The notes beneath the pieces are model-generated. The model saw only the letters and a program-made list of their open reading frames with translations. It had not been told where the DNA came from and ran no database searches. Position numbers and translations under genes: made by a program. From contig OX597822.1 of NCBI GenBank assembly GCA_951406725.2, positions 113,832,001 through 113,896,000 of the forward strand: a stretch of 64,000 nt of DNA, in the 5' to 3' direction. This DNA comes from Octopus vulgaris. Taxonomy: Eukaryota. Positions 1 through 14,028 of this stretch are shown piece after piece; within the stretch, counting starts at the first letter, position 1; each line of letters starts with the position of its first letter.

Positions 1-229
1 GACTCATACACTGTTCACTTCCCAGACATTTGTACATTACTGCATATACTCTGACAAGTTGTGGTGCACCTGAGCACTGTATACAATAATTTCATTATTA
101 TTATTATTAAAGAGCCCCACAAAGCAAGAAAAGGTACGAGGAACATATTGCCAAAATTCAGGAATTGAGTCAGGAGATAAAAATTTCAAAATCAAGCTTT
201 GATCGCATTTTGAAGTGCTGTCATTGGAT

Positions 230-760
230 TCATTCACCCATTCTTTTTTTGACAGTACTGTGACCGTTCTCATTTACTTGAACTTGCTGTGACAAGCATT
301 GAAGAAGGGTTTGAAAATGTGGAGTTTTATTTCCAGTCAGATGGTGTATCCCCACACAACCATAGTAATGCAAAAGGCCTAACTTGATGAGATTTTGCCA
401 GACAGGTTGATTGGACATAGGAGTTTCAGTAGAAAACCCTTTGCATTCACTGGACCACACACCACTGAACATTTTTTATGGGGATACTTAAAGTGCACAA
501 AACCCAGCCACGATCAATGAACTGAGAGCAGACATTGAACAAGAATGCACGCAAATTCCAAACAAAATGTTTCTTCCTGATTGCAGTTCCACTGTTTCAT
601 GTTGTCAGCAGTGCCAGGGCCAGAACAGTCATCAGTTTGAAAACAGGTATTCAAAAGAAAATTAAGTTCTGTCACTAGATACATCAAATTTTGAAAATAG
701 AATAAACACTGACTTTATAATCACTTAATTTTTGCATACATTTTTTGCGGACACTCTGTA
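230..760 (+). mobile_element. Tc1/mariner-superfamily 3' relic
   Basis: PFFFDSTVT, FYFQSDG and D.TPL..F.WGYLK remnants; terminal ...TTTTGCGGACACTCTG|TA. Confidence 0.7.
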
Positions 761-1220
761 TATATTAATATGCTAATTATAAATTAATATACTTAATGAA
801 GCCAGATTTAAGAAGATGAAAGCAATATTACAAAATACTAATTTTTTTTTTAAATATTTAAGTTACATTTGCATAATTAATTATCAACATTCTGTCAGTT
901 TCCTTGGTTCTCAAATGAAAAATGTTTTATTACAAAATACTATAATTAGCCAACTGCTAATTATAGTATTATCACTGGTTTGATAAATATCAAATTAGTT
1001 TTGATCTCTGACTGAACCCTTAATTTGGTCACACTTTATGAGAAAGATTGTTTACACAATCTTATTCCCTTCCAAACTAAATACGTGGAACAGTACTGAA
1101 GTAAGGAATTAATTGTAGTTCCTGCCCTCTCTCAATTCATGGTAAATTCCAATATGATCATCATTACCATAATTTATCAGAACTGCAAGAAACAAATACA
1201 GAATAGAGAAACTGCCAAAC

Positions 1221-1330
1221 CGTTTCAAAATTGATTAAAGAATCCACTGCTTTGGTGTTGGCTTCATTGTCTTTGAGATTCATGTTGCGCCGATACTTGG
1301 TTCTCCATTCTGTGATCAGAATTGTTGTTG
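1221..1330 (-). CDS. ABCB6: ABCB6 coding exon 8 (gene continues beyond window start)
   Basis: TTTAG|[37 protein letters not shown]|GTTTGG. 110 nt, phase 1 to 0. Confidence 0.93.
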
Positions 1331-1784
1331 CTAAAATAAATATAACATCAAGTTGTGGGATCCTCCATAACGATTTCTGGTGACACAATGTAACAAAGAC
1401 TTTTCTTCATGAGTAACATTTCCCAAAGAAAGTTACACACAAAACACAAAAGGTCATAAAATTCCAGCCAATTAAGCAGCACAACACATAAAATGGTAAT
1501 ACCATCTACCATGTTAGATGTAGAGTTAAATGTCGGCACTTCTTGAACATCAACAAACAATTTCACTGCCTCCTACCTTTCAGCATCTTCATTTCAAATC
1601 CACCATTATTAAGGTTAACAAGATAAAAGATAGATTCTAGTGATACAACTGAGATTTTACAATAGTGGTGAATGAATGTTTGCCATATATAAAGAATTAA
1701 ATTAAAGGTTATTTCAGTCAATCCCTTAACTGACAAGAAACATGAATATAAAGTATTTTGCAGTTGGGTATTAACTCTATAATG

Positions 1785-1827
<43 letters not shown>

Positions 1828-2106
1828 CCTGAGGTGGGATATCCAGGCAGCTACCAAGTTTCTCTGAGTAAAATGTCAAGGCTGGTTCCTTTTGATGGTG
1901 CATTTTTTGGTAATATACTGTTAGCACTCATCGACTGCTAAAGTTTATTTCCAGTTATTATAATAGTCCAACACATGTTTCAATTGCAACAATATGCAAT
2001 TGGTGTAATCAAAACATGTGTCTGACTATCATACTAACTGGAAATATACTTAAAGTTTGAACGTTCAAATTCTTCATTCTCCTTATTTTCAATATATTCA
2101 TACATA

Positions 2107-3349
2107 TTGAGTCATCCTATAAATAATGCAGTTTTTTTCAATTGCATGAACTAAAAGTCAGAGGGGACAGGATAAACTACCTGCATCTATTTGCTATAAA
2201 AGCAGGTAGTAATTTTACCTTGTCCTTATTCTTAGTGCAAGTTTTGAAGAGTGCAGTTCGATTTTAACAGTTATTTTTTTCTAAGCTGTAATGGAAGTGA
2301 CAAAGGAGCATATTTGGCATATTTTGCTTTATCAGTTCAATAAAGGCAACAACACAATGGTAAGTGTGAGGAATATCAATGCAGTATAAGGGGAATGGAC
2401 AATAAGCGTAAGCCCGTGTCAACAGTGGCTCCACAAATTCTGAGCCAGAAACTACAGCCTAAAGATGAGTCTAGTTCTGGAAGATCTACAGAGCTCAACA
2501 AGGACTTCCTGCAAACCCTAATGGAACAAAATCCCATCATAACTGCAGAGGAACAACCATTTATCAGAAAAGTCAGCAAATTGGGTCACTGGGTTCCTCA
2601 CAAATTTTCCAAGTCTAATTGCGTGCAGAGAAAGAATGTGTGCTCTTCTTTGTTATCAAGTCCTACAAATGAACCTTTTTTGAACCGAATAGTGACTGGT
2701 GACAAGAAATGGGTTCTCTATAAAAATGTCAAGCACCGAAGACAGAAGGTAGGGAAATGAGAAACACTGGCACCCCAGGCTAAAGAAGGTCTTCACCCAC
2801 ATAAGGTGTTGTTATCTGTTTGGTGGGATATGAAAAGTTTAGTCCACTTTGAACTTTGAAACCCAAACCAAATGATAACAAAGGAGATCTACTGTGAGCA
2901 GCTTAAGTGGCTTAAGTCAGTGCTAGAAAGAAAAACGACCACCTTTGGTTTCAAGATGGAAGGTGTTCTTCCATCAGAGTAATGCTCAGTTACATACAGT
3001 GAGGATGACATTCCAAAAGCTGGAGCAGTTTGAATGGGTAACAATGCTCCACCCAGCAGATTTGCTGGACATTACCCCATTAGATTATCATTTATTCCAC
3101 AGTCTTCAACATCATTTGAACAGAAAAAATATGAATTCTGTAGACAAGGTCAGAACAGTTCCTGGAGGAGTATTTTTTATCACAGACAAGTGAATTTTGG
3201 AAGAGGGGTCTTGCAAGTCTACCAGATGGATGGAAGAGAATTGTAGAAAATGAAGGGGAGTATATTTTAGATTGAAAAAGAACTTTGTTTATCTTAATAT
3301 TGAGAAATAAAAGAAGTATAAAAAATGGATTATTTATGGGATGACCCAA
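2107..3349 (+). mobile_element. Full-length degenerate mariner transposon
   Basis: TIRs TTGAGTCATCCTATAAATAATGC / GGATTATTTATGGGATGACCCAA with TA at both ends. Transposase remnants WVPH, IVTGDKKWVLY and PLDYHLF with stops and frameshifts. Confidence 0.92.
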
Positions 3350-3793
3350 TATATTTATACTTGGGGTTGGTCATATTTTGCCAATTAAACACAAGCACTC
3401 TATGTTTGAGCTTACTTCAGCTTTATTATTATTTTTGTTTCTTTGTCAATGCTCTTTTGTTGCACATCATGTGACCTTTTCAGCAATTCTTTGTGCCATG
3501 TGCCTCCTCTTGTTCTCTACATGTATAAAACAATACACACATCTTCGCTTCAAGAAGAGCAAATTATTCATAAAATTTCTGTGTATTTCCACTTCAATCT
3601 TAACAAAAACTAACTTCAAATCACTTCCCCTCTCTTCCACTTGAAAAACAAAAAGCCTTCGGTCCATGACGTTACAACACTTACTCAATAACTCAGCAAA
3701 CAAAAACACACTCAGTTACTGGCAAACAAAAAAATATTAATTCAGAAGAGAAATTCTAAGAGACAGGACGGAACAATAGAATGTGTCACTTAC

Positions 3794-4005
3794 CAAGATA
3801 GAGCATCATACAGAGGAAAACAACCAAACCAAAGATGTAGTTGAACTGAGTGATGAAGAATATGATAGCAATTATGATGTCGATAATTGTGGGAAGGATC
3901 TGGAAGAGGATGTAACTGAGAAGTTGGTTGATGCTGTTCTTTCCTCTGTCAATAACCCGTAGGACTTCACCCGTCTTCCTGTTTAAATGCCATCTAAGAG
4001 AAAGA
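3794..4005 (-). CDS. ABCB6: ABCB6 coding exon 7
   Basis: TTCAG|[50 protein letters not shown]...LCMMLYL|GTAAGT. 212 nt, phase 2 to 1. Carries the hallmark ABCB6/Atm1 LSLRWHL.R.TGEVLR motif. Confidence 0.95.
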
Positions 4006-4738
4006 CTGAAATCAAAAGAGAAGTCTCATATTTTATTATGAAGAAAATTTTGTTTTGAAATCTGTGATGCTAAACTGCAACAAAATGTGTTCTAAAGATG
4101 TGCATGACCCTTTGGACAAGTAGTTGTACAGCTAACAGCCCCATCTACTGCATGAGAAAGTAAAGCAATGGTATGAGTTTCAGAAAAATTTGACCAACTG
4201 GCCCAAGGGGGTGACATTGTGGTTTAGAAGTAAACTCTGATTTGATCCCACAATGTGGTATCTTGAACAGGTTTGTTCTACTAAAACCTCAAGTCAAAGC
4301 AGGCATTGTTGATAAACTTGGGGACACAGAAATTGTGCAAAACCCATTAGACTGTACTTGTTCTAGGGAGGTAGACCACATCTGTCACTTGGTTTCAAAA
4401 CACCACTTGACTTTTGGTGGTTGCCTCTCATGAAGTCCACTCTGTTACAAGTGTTGTGACTGGGTCACCAACCTGAGAATAACTTGATATCTTGATGTGC
4501 AACCCCTTATTGTAGCAACGCCTGAGTCATCATTTACATATCCCCTTACACCTACCCCACAACTCTCACAGTCCCTTCATAGGCCATGGGAAATTCCTTT
4601 GCTCCTCAACTATAAAGCAATAATACAATGATGTATTTACTTGCCACTAGAAGACAATTGCAAACTCCAAATAACAGAGTTTGAATTTAAAATTGGAAGG
4701 TAAAGGATGATAGCAATAAGGAATGATATTACAAATAA

Positions 4739-4847
4739 TAGAAGAAGAAGAAGAAGAAGAAGAAGAAGAAGAAGAAGAAGAAGAAGAAGAAGAAGAAGAA
4801 GAAGAAGAAGAAGAAGAAGAAGGAGGAGGAGGAGGAGGAGGAGGAGG
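4739..4847. repeat. (AAG)n(AGG)n microsatellite
   Basis: Direct inspection. Confidence 0.97.
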
Positions 4848-5139
4848 AAACCTTTACTAGCCAATGAGGAATTGCCTACAGGCCAATCAGCCAACTGTTC
4901 CTTAAACTTTCTTTTATTCTTTTATTATTTGTTTCAGCCGTTTGATTGTGGCCAAGCTGGAGCACCACTTTGAAGGGTTTTAGTCGAACAAATCAACCCC
5001 GGGACTTCTTTTTTTAAGCCTAGTATTTATTCTATCGGTCTCTTTTGCTGACCCACTAAGTTATGGACATAAACGCACCAACACCACTTGTCAAGCGGTG
5101 ATGGGGGAGACAAGCACAGACACAAAGACACACACACAG

Positions 5140-5176
<37 letters not shown>

Positions 5177-5926
5177 ACAGGGTTCTTTCAGTTTTCATGC
5201 ACCAAATCCACTCACAAGGTTTTGGTCAGCCAAAGGCTATAGTAGAAAAAAGTTGCCCAAGATGCCACGCAGCAGGACTGAACACAGAACCACGAGATCA
5301 GGAAGCAAGTTTCTTACCACACAGCCACACTTGTACCTAAACCTCTTATTTCTTTTTTATTTCTTTATTGCCCACAAGGGGCTAAACATAGAGAGGACAA
5401 ACAAGGACAGACAAACGGATTAAGTCGATTACATCGACCCCAGTGTGTAACTGGTACTTCATTTATCGACCCCGAAAGAATGAAAGGCAAAGTTGACCTC
5501 GGCGGAATTTGAACTCAGAATGTAAAGACAGACAAAATACTGCAAAGCATTTCGCCCAGCATGCTAACGTTTGTGCCAGCTCGCCACCTTTTTATCATTC
5601 TCAAAATGGATAAATATACTATGTAGTGTTCTCCTGGATACTGAATATACAGAAATGATGACAGCAACATGCAGATCAATACCATTCAAAACCTCAAGCA
5701 TTTTACACACAAAAAAAACACAACTGAATCAGAAAATATATACAACACAAAAGTAGTACAAAGAATGCAAACATGCTGCAATAGTGCCTAAAAAATGTCT
5801 TTACAAAATTAACAAGCTTCGACCCTTACAATGCCTGTTGTTAAATGTATAATCTTTAACACCCGAGTACATCCACTACATTCTGGAACCCAACACCACC
5901 CTCAGAATGCTATCCTTCCCTTCTCA

Positions 5927-6157
5927 GCGGCGAGCTGGCAGAATCGTTAACACGCCGGGCGAAATGCTTAGCGATATTTCGTCTGCCGCAAAGTTCTGAG
6001 TTCAAATTCCGCCGAGGTCGACTTTGCCTTTCATCCTTTCGGGGTCGATTAACTAAGTACCAGTTACGCACTGGGGTCGATATCATCGACTTAATCCGTT
6101 TGTCTGTCCTTGTTTATCCTCTCTGTGTTTAGCCCCTTGTGGGCAATAAAGAAATAA
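5927..6157 (+). mobile_element. tRNA-derived SINE family B with Nin-like core (other copies 5360-5588-, 12225-12655+, 16152-16382+, 22443-22622+, 45412-45632+, 56750-57162-)
   Basis: GGCGAGCTGGCAGAATCG...GAGTTCAAATTCC B-box, then GCCTTTCATCCTTTCGGGGTCGAT..AGTACCAG, resembling the Nin-SINE domain. Confidence 0.88.
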
Positions 6158-6380
6158 GAATGCTATCCTTCCCTCTCAGCCCAGACACATATGGGAAAAA
6201 AAAACACATACACAAACATCAATAACCTCATTAGCTTCAAACATTATAATGAGATACACACAAGTTAATTATAAGCAAAGAGTAACAGCAGCTGTTGTGT
6301 TTTGATGGAGTCAACCTTATCCACCTCCACTTTAGCTATTGACATACAGAAACAAGCAACTCACCCAGTGTTGCACTGCA

Positions 6381-6411
<31 letters not shown>

Positions 6412-6580
6412 CCAACATTTTATGTCCATTCTTCATGCTGACATGAGTTGGACAGCTTGGCAGGAACTGGCATGGCCAGAGACCACACCAGGTTCCATAG
6501 TTTATTTTGGTTTGGTTTCTAAGGCTAGAATGTCCTTCCCAACACCAACCACTTTACAACCTGTACTGGGTGCTTTTTAA

Positions 6581-6802
6581 CCCTTTCATTACTAACCCGG
6601 CTGAAACCGGCTCTGACTCTTTAGTACAAATGTCTGGTTTTCAAAAGTTCTGAATTAAAATCTTCCACCAAACCTTAGTCACAATTTATGTTCCTAAAAC
6701 CTAGCTTAATTATAACGATGTTATTTTACTAAATTCTTTGTTATATGAAAAATAATTGGAAGAAACACAGAGCATCTCAAAATAAATACGGTAACGAAAG
6801 GG
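6581..6802. mobile_element. piggyBac-like MITE inserted in an old RTE tail
   Basis: TTAA|CCCTTTCATTAC ... GTAACGAAAGGG|TT; the flanks rejoin to the RTE-tail consensus GGGTGCTTTT..GTG.CACC. Confidence 0.82.
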
Positions 6803-8332
6803 TTGTGGCACCAGCATTTCTTACAATTATCCACCACATTGGAATGAGCATTATGATCCACTGAATACCAGATCTAATTTTGCACTGTGTGCCATAGTCT
6901 TGTACAATCAGGACAAATACAGGATCTTACACAAAACTACTAGTTATCAATAATTTATTTTAATGGAAGGAATACAGTTTAATGTTATTGCTTTATTCTG
7001 ACACTTTCGCAAGAATTCAATATTAAAACCAAAAATCGTTTCATAGAGAATTTTCTTCATTTTTTTTTTACTTCAAGAAATTTCAGCAAATAGCAACTAG
7101 GCTGGAAAACTAGGCTGACTAAAGAAATGATTAGAAAGTGTGAAGAATTATTTTCCAGGAGTTGCTGTGTGGTAAGTAGCTTGCTTACCAACCACATGGT
7201 TCAGGTTCAGTCCCACTGCATGGCATCTTGGGCAAGTGTCTTCTACTATAGCTTCAGGCCAACCAAAGCCTTGTGAGTGGATTTAGTAGACAGAAACTGA
7301 AAGAAGCCCATTGTATATACATATATGTATGTATATGTTTGTGTGTGTGTGTTTGTACCCCCAACATCGCTTGACAACCGATGCCAGTATGTTTACATCC
7401 CTGTCACTTATCAGTTCGGCAAGAGAGACAGATAGAATAAGTACTAGGCTTACAAAGTCCTGGGGTCGATTTGCTCGACTAAAGGCAGTGCTCCAGCATG
7501 GCCACAGTCAAATGAAAGAAAACGTCTGTTATGTTACGTTAACCTAATTAGCTCTTTGAAATATTCTTATATTGGCTCTTTAATCTTCTTAAGTCGGAGC
7601 CAGGATTATCAATAATCTCAACAACTAAATATCTTATAAAGATTCCTATTCATTCCCATCTGTTGAATACTTGTAATCCCATACTGTCTGGTGAAGGAAA
7701 TATTTGTCCCCACTTAAACATGGATGTTCTATTAGAACAAACTATACTGTAGTAGTTACAATAAGAGGAACTCTCATATTGGCTTTTGGTAAAAAATGCA
7801 CTCTTGTGAGATTCTCATCAGCACCATTTTGCACCAAAATACCAATATGAGAGTTTCCCTCATGGTAACCACAATAGTATAGTTTTTTCTAATACAACGA
7901 GCGTGATCGTTGCCAGAGCGGCTATCTGGCCTCCGTGCCAGTGGCACGTAAAAGACACCATTCAAGCGTGATCATTACCAGCATCGCCTTACTGGCACCT
8001 GTGCCAGTGGTATGTGTAAAAGATTTGAGCGAGGTCGTTGCCAGTGCCACCTGACTGGCACATAAAAGCACCCACTACACTCTTGGAGTGGTTGACATTA
8101 GGAAGGGCATCCAGCTGTAGAAACTCTGCCAGATTAAGATTGAAGCCTGGTGCAGCCATCTGGTTCGCCAGCCCTCATTCAAATTGTCCAACCCATGCTA
8201 GCATGGAAAGCAGACGTTAAACGATGATGATGATGATGATGATGAAGATATCTGGTAAAGCTACACCATAGAGAGGTATTCTACCAACGATATTAATAAA
8301 TGCAAACAGCATAAGGATAAAATCTTGCTTAC

Positions 8333-8435
8333 CAATGTAAATGTGCAAATAATTGTATTTGTATTTTTCTTGTTGTGTACTGCTGAACAGGAAGCCATAA
8401 TAAAGACCGCAAATTGTTCAAGAGACCCGTTGAAC
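8333..8435 (-). CDS. ABCB6: ABCB6 coding exon 6
   Basis: CCAG|GSTGLLNNLRSLLWLPVQQYTTRKIQIQLFAHLH|GTAAGC. 103 nt, phase 1 to 2. Confidence 0.94.
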
Positions 8436-9386
8436 CTGGAGAAGAGGGGGAAAAAAAATCATAAAGGAATCAGGATTTAACAATCAAAATGTGAGAAAAT
8501 AGGGCAAAAATATGGCATTATAAATGGTAACTGATTTATTTTTTGCAAATCCTCGAATATAAAAGATCTCAGAGATAAGCTCCAATATAATGTGAAAGTA
8601 ATGTGAGTTCTGTTAGGATGGAGCAGATGAGAATCTTACAAGATGTGAAATTACAATCGAAGGAGTGTGAGTGACATGACATCTTTTTTTTTCAAATCAG
8701 ATTCCTACACAGCGTCACAACTAACTGCATTTACTCATTCAGATGTTGCTGACCTTTTATCATTTTCATGAAAATTATACCAGACGTAATGTGTGGTAAG
8801 TCGCTTGCTTACTAACCACATGGTTCCGGGTTCATTCCCACTGCGTGGCACCATGGGCAAGTGCCTTCTACTATAGTCTCGGGCTGACCAAAGCTCTGTG
8901 AGTGGATTTGGTAGACGGAAACTGAAAGAAGCCCATCGCATATATGTGTATATATATGTGTGTGTGTGTGTGTGTGTATGTTTATGTATCTGTGTTTGTC
9001 CCTCCAGCATCGCTTGACAACCGACGCTGGTGTGTTTATGTCCCCGTAACTTAGCAGTTCGGCAAAAGGGACCGATAGAATAAGTACTAGGCTTCGAAAG
9101 AATAAGTCCTGGGGTCGATCTGCTCGACTAAAGGTGGTGCTCCAGCATGGCCGCAGTCAAATGACTGAAATAAGTAAAAAAAAAAAAAAGTAAAAGAGTA
9201 ATATGTCCCAATCACCTTTCGGTTCGGTTATTTTGTAGGGGATTTTCTTTTCTTTTTCAAATACATTTCATTTCAAAGTTTTAAAATACTTTCCAGTTAA
9301 GCATCTTTTAAACGGTTATTTCACAATTTTACAATTTTTTAAAATGCTTTACGCCCATAAAAAGAGAATAGTAAAATATTGCTTAC

Positions 9387-9491
9387 CAAATCCTCCACCT
9401 TGTAACATGAAGAGAACGACGTAGATAAGAACAAAATCCCATCGGAAAGTTAGTGGTTTGCCACCGGAAGCATCTTCGGATAGACTGTTCA
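9387..9491 (-). CDS. ABCB6: ABCB6 coding exon 5
   Basis: TTTTAG|VNSLSEDASGGKPLTFRWDFVLIYVVLFMLQGGGF|GTAAGC. 105 nt, phase 1 to 1. Contains the LQGGG motif. Confidence 0.92.
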
Positions 9492-9783
9492 CTAAAATAA
9501 TACAAAAAGCCATTTTTCAGAAAATACTTTCCATTAATCAAAAACAACATCATCATCATCATCACATTCTAAAAAGGGATTAACTAAATCTCATAGTATT
9601 TTAAACAATCCTTTTTACTATAGGCGTAGGAGTGGCTGTGTGGTAAGTAGCTTCCTTACCAACCACATGGTTCCGGGTTCAGTCCCACTGCATGGCACCT
9701 AGGGCAAGTGTCTTCTACTATAGCCTTAGGCCGACCAAAGCTTTGTGAGTGGATTTGGTAGCTGGAAACTGAAAGAAGCCCGT

Positions 9784-9869
<86 letters not shown>

Positions 9870-9873
<4 letters not shown>

Positions 9874-10667
9874 CTGGACCTAAGAAGCATCAGTTGTGGT
9901 GTGCAAGAGAACCGTTTGTGCTGGTATAGTCATGTGGCGAGAATGGATGAAGATAGTTGCGGGAAAAAGTGCCACACCCTAGCTGTTGAGGGAACCTGCG
10001 GAAGAGGCAGACCCAGGAAAACCTGGGACGAGGTGGTGAAGCACGACCTTCGAACTTTAGGTCTCACTGAGGAAATGACTAGAGACCGAGACCTCTGGAA
10101 GTGTGCTGTGTGCGAGAAGACCCGGCAGGACAAGTGAGTCCATAACCCGTGGCCTTCTACATGGGATGGAGCCAGCCTACGTATGCATACCTTCCCTTCT
10201 TGGGACACAAAACTCTACTTGTGAAGACCTGTTGAGGCAAGTGAGGATCAGAATCGAAATCTATCAATGGAAATTGCAGATGTGTTACCAATGCCGGTGG
10301 CATGTAAGAGAACCTTCTGTTTCGCGACCGTTGCCAGCACCGCCCCGACTGGCCTCGTGCCGATGGCACGTAAAAAGCACCATCCGTTCATGTCCGTTGC
10401 CAGCTCTGTCTGGCACCTGTGCGGGTGGCACGTAAAAAGCACCATCCATTCGTGTCCGTTGCCAGCTCTGTCTGGCACCTGTGCGGGTGGCACGTAAAAA
10501 GCACCCACTACACTCACGGAGTGGTTGGCGTTAGGAAGGGCATCCAGCCGTAGAAACACTGCCAGATTTGACTGGGCCTGATGAAGCCTTCTGGCTTCAC
10601 AGACCCCAGTTGACCCGTCCAACCCATGCTAGCATGGAAAGCGGACGCTAAATGATGATGATGATGA
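9870..10667 (+). mobile_element. 5'-truncated RTE LINE (ORF C-terminus, 3'UTR, (GAT)n tail), nested in a SINE
   Basis: RL.WYSHVARMDEDS...VEGTCGRGRPRKTWDEVVKHDL is an RTE C-terminus; 3'UTR with short tandem units; (GAT)n tail. Confidence 0.9.
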
Positions 10668-11002
10668 TATATATGTATGTATGTATGTATGTGTGTGTAT
10701 ATGTTTGTGTGTCTGTGTTTGTCCCCCCAACATCGCTTGACAACCGATGCTGGTGTGTTTACATCCTCGTAACTTAGCAGTTCAGGAAAAGAGACCGATA
10801 GAATAAGTACTAGGCTTACAAAGAATAAGTCCTGGGGTCGATTTGCCTGACTAAAAGGGCGGTGCTCCAGCATGGCCATAGTCAAATGACTGAAATAAGT
10901 AAAAGAGTAAAAAAAAAGAGTATAGGCACAAGACCTGAAATTTTGAAAATTTGGGATAATCAATTACATCAACCCCTATCATTATTATCATCATCATCAT
11001 CA

Positions 11003-11039
<37 letters not shown>

Positions 11040-11040
<1 letters not shown>

Positions 11041-11577
11041 GAGTGAGAGAGCAGTTCATGCCATCAAAGTGACACTGGGGTAAAATATACGAAGCCCAAT
11101 ATACCCATCGTGACTACCCGTCTGATAAGGGTACACCAGGCACATGCATCACAACCATATGTGCGCGACATGGTGATCTCATATCAAGATAAACAGCACA
11201 TGACCTTGCAGGTGGAGCCCAGTTAGAATTTTCTTCTGGTCGAGTAACCCATCCCACTCAAAAGGCCCCTGAATAAGGGTTGTTTAAGGATGTTGAAAGA
11301 ACCACCCATGTTTCCAGAGGTGAATTATTCAAACCCAAATAATTCCTCTCAACACACGGTTATAATGCTCCCCCACTACTTCTGCTCGTGATCAGAGATG
11401 CACATATCGTCAGTCACCAAGGGACATGCTCAGCTGGTTACGGTCAAACAACTGACAAGCAAATCTATGGTATTGAGCAGAATATTTGCTGTAGCCCATC
11501 TTTTATACCAAGACAAAACAATGTACATGATAACACTTCCAATCAGTTAAGATCAGAAGCCATGAGAGCCACTGCCT
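11040..11577 (-). repeat. Unclassified interspersed repeat with (AAT)n tail
   Basis: Sharply bounded, higher-GC block flanked by ATT microsatellites; family not assigned. Confidence 0.45.
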
Positions 11578-11633
11578 TATTATCATTATTATTATCATTA
11601 TTATTATTATTATTATTATTATCATTATTATCA

Positions 11634-11667
<34 letters not shown>

Positions 11668-11672
11668 CATCA

Positions 11673-11703
<31 letters not shown>

Positions 11704-11773
11704 TATTATTATCATCATCATTATTATTATTATTATCATTATTATTATCATTATCATTATTATTATTATTATC

Positions 11774-11820
<47 letters not shown>

Positions 11821-12223
11821 CATCATTATTATTATTATTATTATTATCATCATCATTATTATTATTATCATCATTATTGTTATTATTATCATCATTATTA
11901 TTATTATTACTATCATTATTATTATTATTATCATTATTATTATCATTATTATTATTATTATTATCATTATTATCATTATTATTACTATCATTATTATTAT
12001 CATTATCATTATCATTATTATCATTATTATTATTATTATTATCATTATTATCATTATTATTACTATCATTATTATTATTATTATCATTATTATTATCATT
12101 ATTATTATTATTATTATTATCATTATTATCATTATTATTACTATCATTATTATCATTATTATCATTATCATTATTATTATCATTATTATCATTATTATTA
12201 TTATTATTGTTATTATTATTATT
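11577..12223. repeat. ~650-bp (ATT/ATC)n compound microsatellite
   Basis: Direct inspection; it is the source of the poly-L/I/N ORFs. Confidence 0.97.
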
Positions 12224-13434
12224 AAGGTGGCAAGCTGGCAGAATCGTTACCATGCCAGGCAAAGTGCTTAGCAGCATTTTGTCTGTCTTTACATTTTGAG
12301 TTCAAACTACGCTACAGTCAATGTTACTTTGCACGAGTACCAGTTGAGTACTGGGGTTGAATTAATTGACTTACCCCCTCCCTGAACTTGCTGGCATGTT
12401 GCCAAAATTTGAGACCATTATTGATATTATTATTATTATTTAGGTGGTGAGCTGGCAGAATCATTAGCAGGCCAGGTAAAATACTTAGTGGCATTTCATC
12501 TGTCTTAATATTCTGAGTTCAAATTCCACCAAGGTTGACTTTGCCTTTCAGCCTTTCAGGACTAATATATTAAGTACCAGTGAAACACTTAGGTCAATAC
12601 AATTGACTGGTCCGCTCCCCCAAAATTTCAGGCCTTATACCTTTAGGAGAAAGAATTATTATTATTATCATTATTATTATTATTATTATTATTATGATTA
12701 TTATTATTAATTTCAATGTGTCATTTTCTAAGATGGTGGGAAAGAATTTGAGAGATATTTCACTTCTATTTCTAGCATATCAAACAACCACACAGAAGCT
12801 CTTTTGGTTCAAGTTAAGATTTTAGAAGACTGTGGTAAAAGACAGACATTCTTAGCGATATACGAGTCACCTTAACTAATGTGTGTCAAAGCCACAATTG
12901 GCATTTATTGCTTTGAAGTATATAATCTTGGTAAGGGATTGAAAATATTTGCCTCTATCACTCCATTTGAAGAGTTAAGGAGTCATAATCCTGTCTATCA
13001 ACAAGAATATCTCAGATACAATACACAGGGCCAGTCAGGAACATCATAAGCAAATTCCAAAAGTTTCAAATATCACCTCATTACAAAGCAAATACAACAT
13101 TATATTCTGGTTAAATTTATTTTGAAGATCAATAGTTACATCAACAAATTGAGAAGTTCTGGCTCATAATGGACATTTCCTTTAAACATTTAATTATATT
13201 TGGTTTCTTTTGAATAAAGGTCCAGATCAACTTCCAATTGTTCTTTCAGTTCACAACACACATTCAGTTGTGACTGCTTTTGATATTCCATAAACAAGCA
13301 AGGCACAAATTTTGCTGCAACTCTTTTTGTTCACAATTCCTTGCTCAAAATTCGTTGGCAGGAACTCCAGAATACACCGGCCACAGAAACAAATTCTGCA
13401 GCAAAAAACCTTCAACAGGTTTAAATATATCTCA

Positions 13435-14028
13435 GAGCTGGCAGAAACGTTAGCATGCCGGGCGAAATGCTTAGCAGTATTTCGTCTGCCACTATATTCT
13501 AAGTTCAAATTCCGCCGAGGTCGACTTTGCCTTTCATCCTTTCAGGGTCGATAAATTAAGTACCAGGTACGCACTGGGGTCGATATAATCGACTTAATCC
13601 ATCTGTATGTCCTTGTTTGTCTCCTCTGTGCTTAGCCCCTTGTGGGTAGTAAAGAAATAGGTATTTCGTCTGTCGTTACGTTCTGAGTTCAAATTCCGCT
13701 GAGGTCGACTTTTCCTTTCATCCTTTCGGGGTCGATAAATTAAGTACCAGTTACACACTGGGTCGATATAATCGACTTAATCCATCTGTATGTCCTTGTT
13801 TGTCTCCTCTGTGTTTAGCCCCTTGTGGGTAGTAAAGAAATAGGTATTTCGTCTGTCGTTACGTTCTGAGTTCAAATTCCGCTGAGGTCGACTTTGCCTT
13901 TCATCCTTTCGGGGTCGATAAATTAAGTACCAGTTACACACTGGGTCGATATAATCGACTTAATCCATCTGTATGTCCTTGTTTGTCTCCTCTGCGTTTA
14001 GCCCCTTGTGGGTTGTAAAGAAATAGGT
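13435..14028 (+). repeat. Head-to-tail triplication of SINE family B (~179-bp unit)
   Basis: Three consecutive copies of GTATTTCGTCTG...GTAAAGAAATAG sharing the private variant AATCCATCTGTATG. Confidence 0.9.

Noticed and set aside
2395-3193. Functional or domesticated mariner transposase (also 28945-29733)
   Set aside because: Multiple stops and frameshifts, with mutated catalytic motifs.
11388-12299. Long poly-Leu/Ile/Asn ORFs (also poly-Arg at 4707 and Ser/Leu-rich at 32063)
   Set aside because: These are translations of microsatellites.
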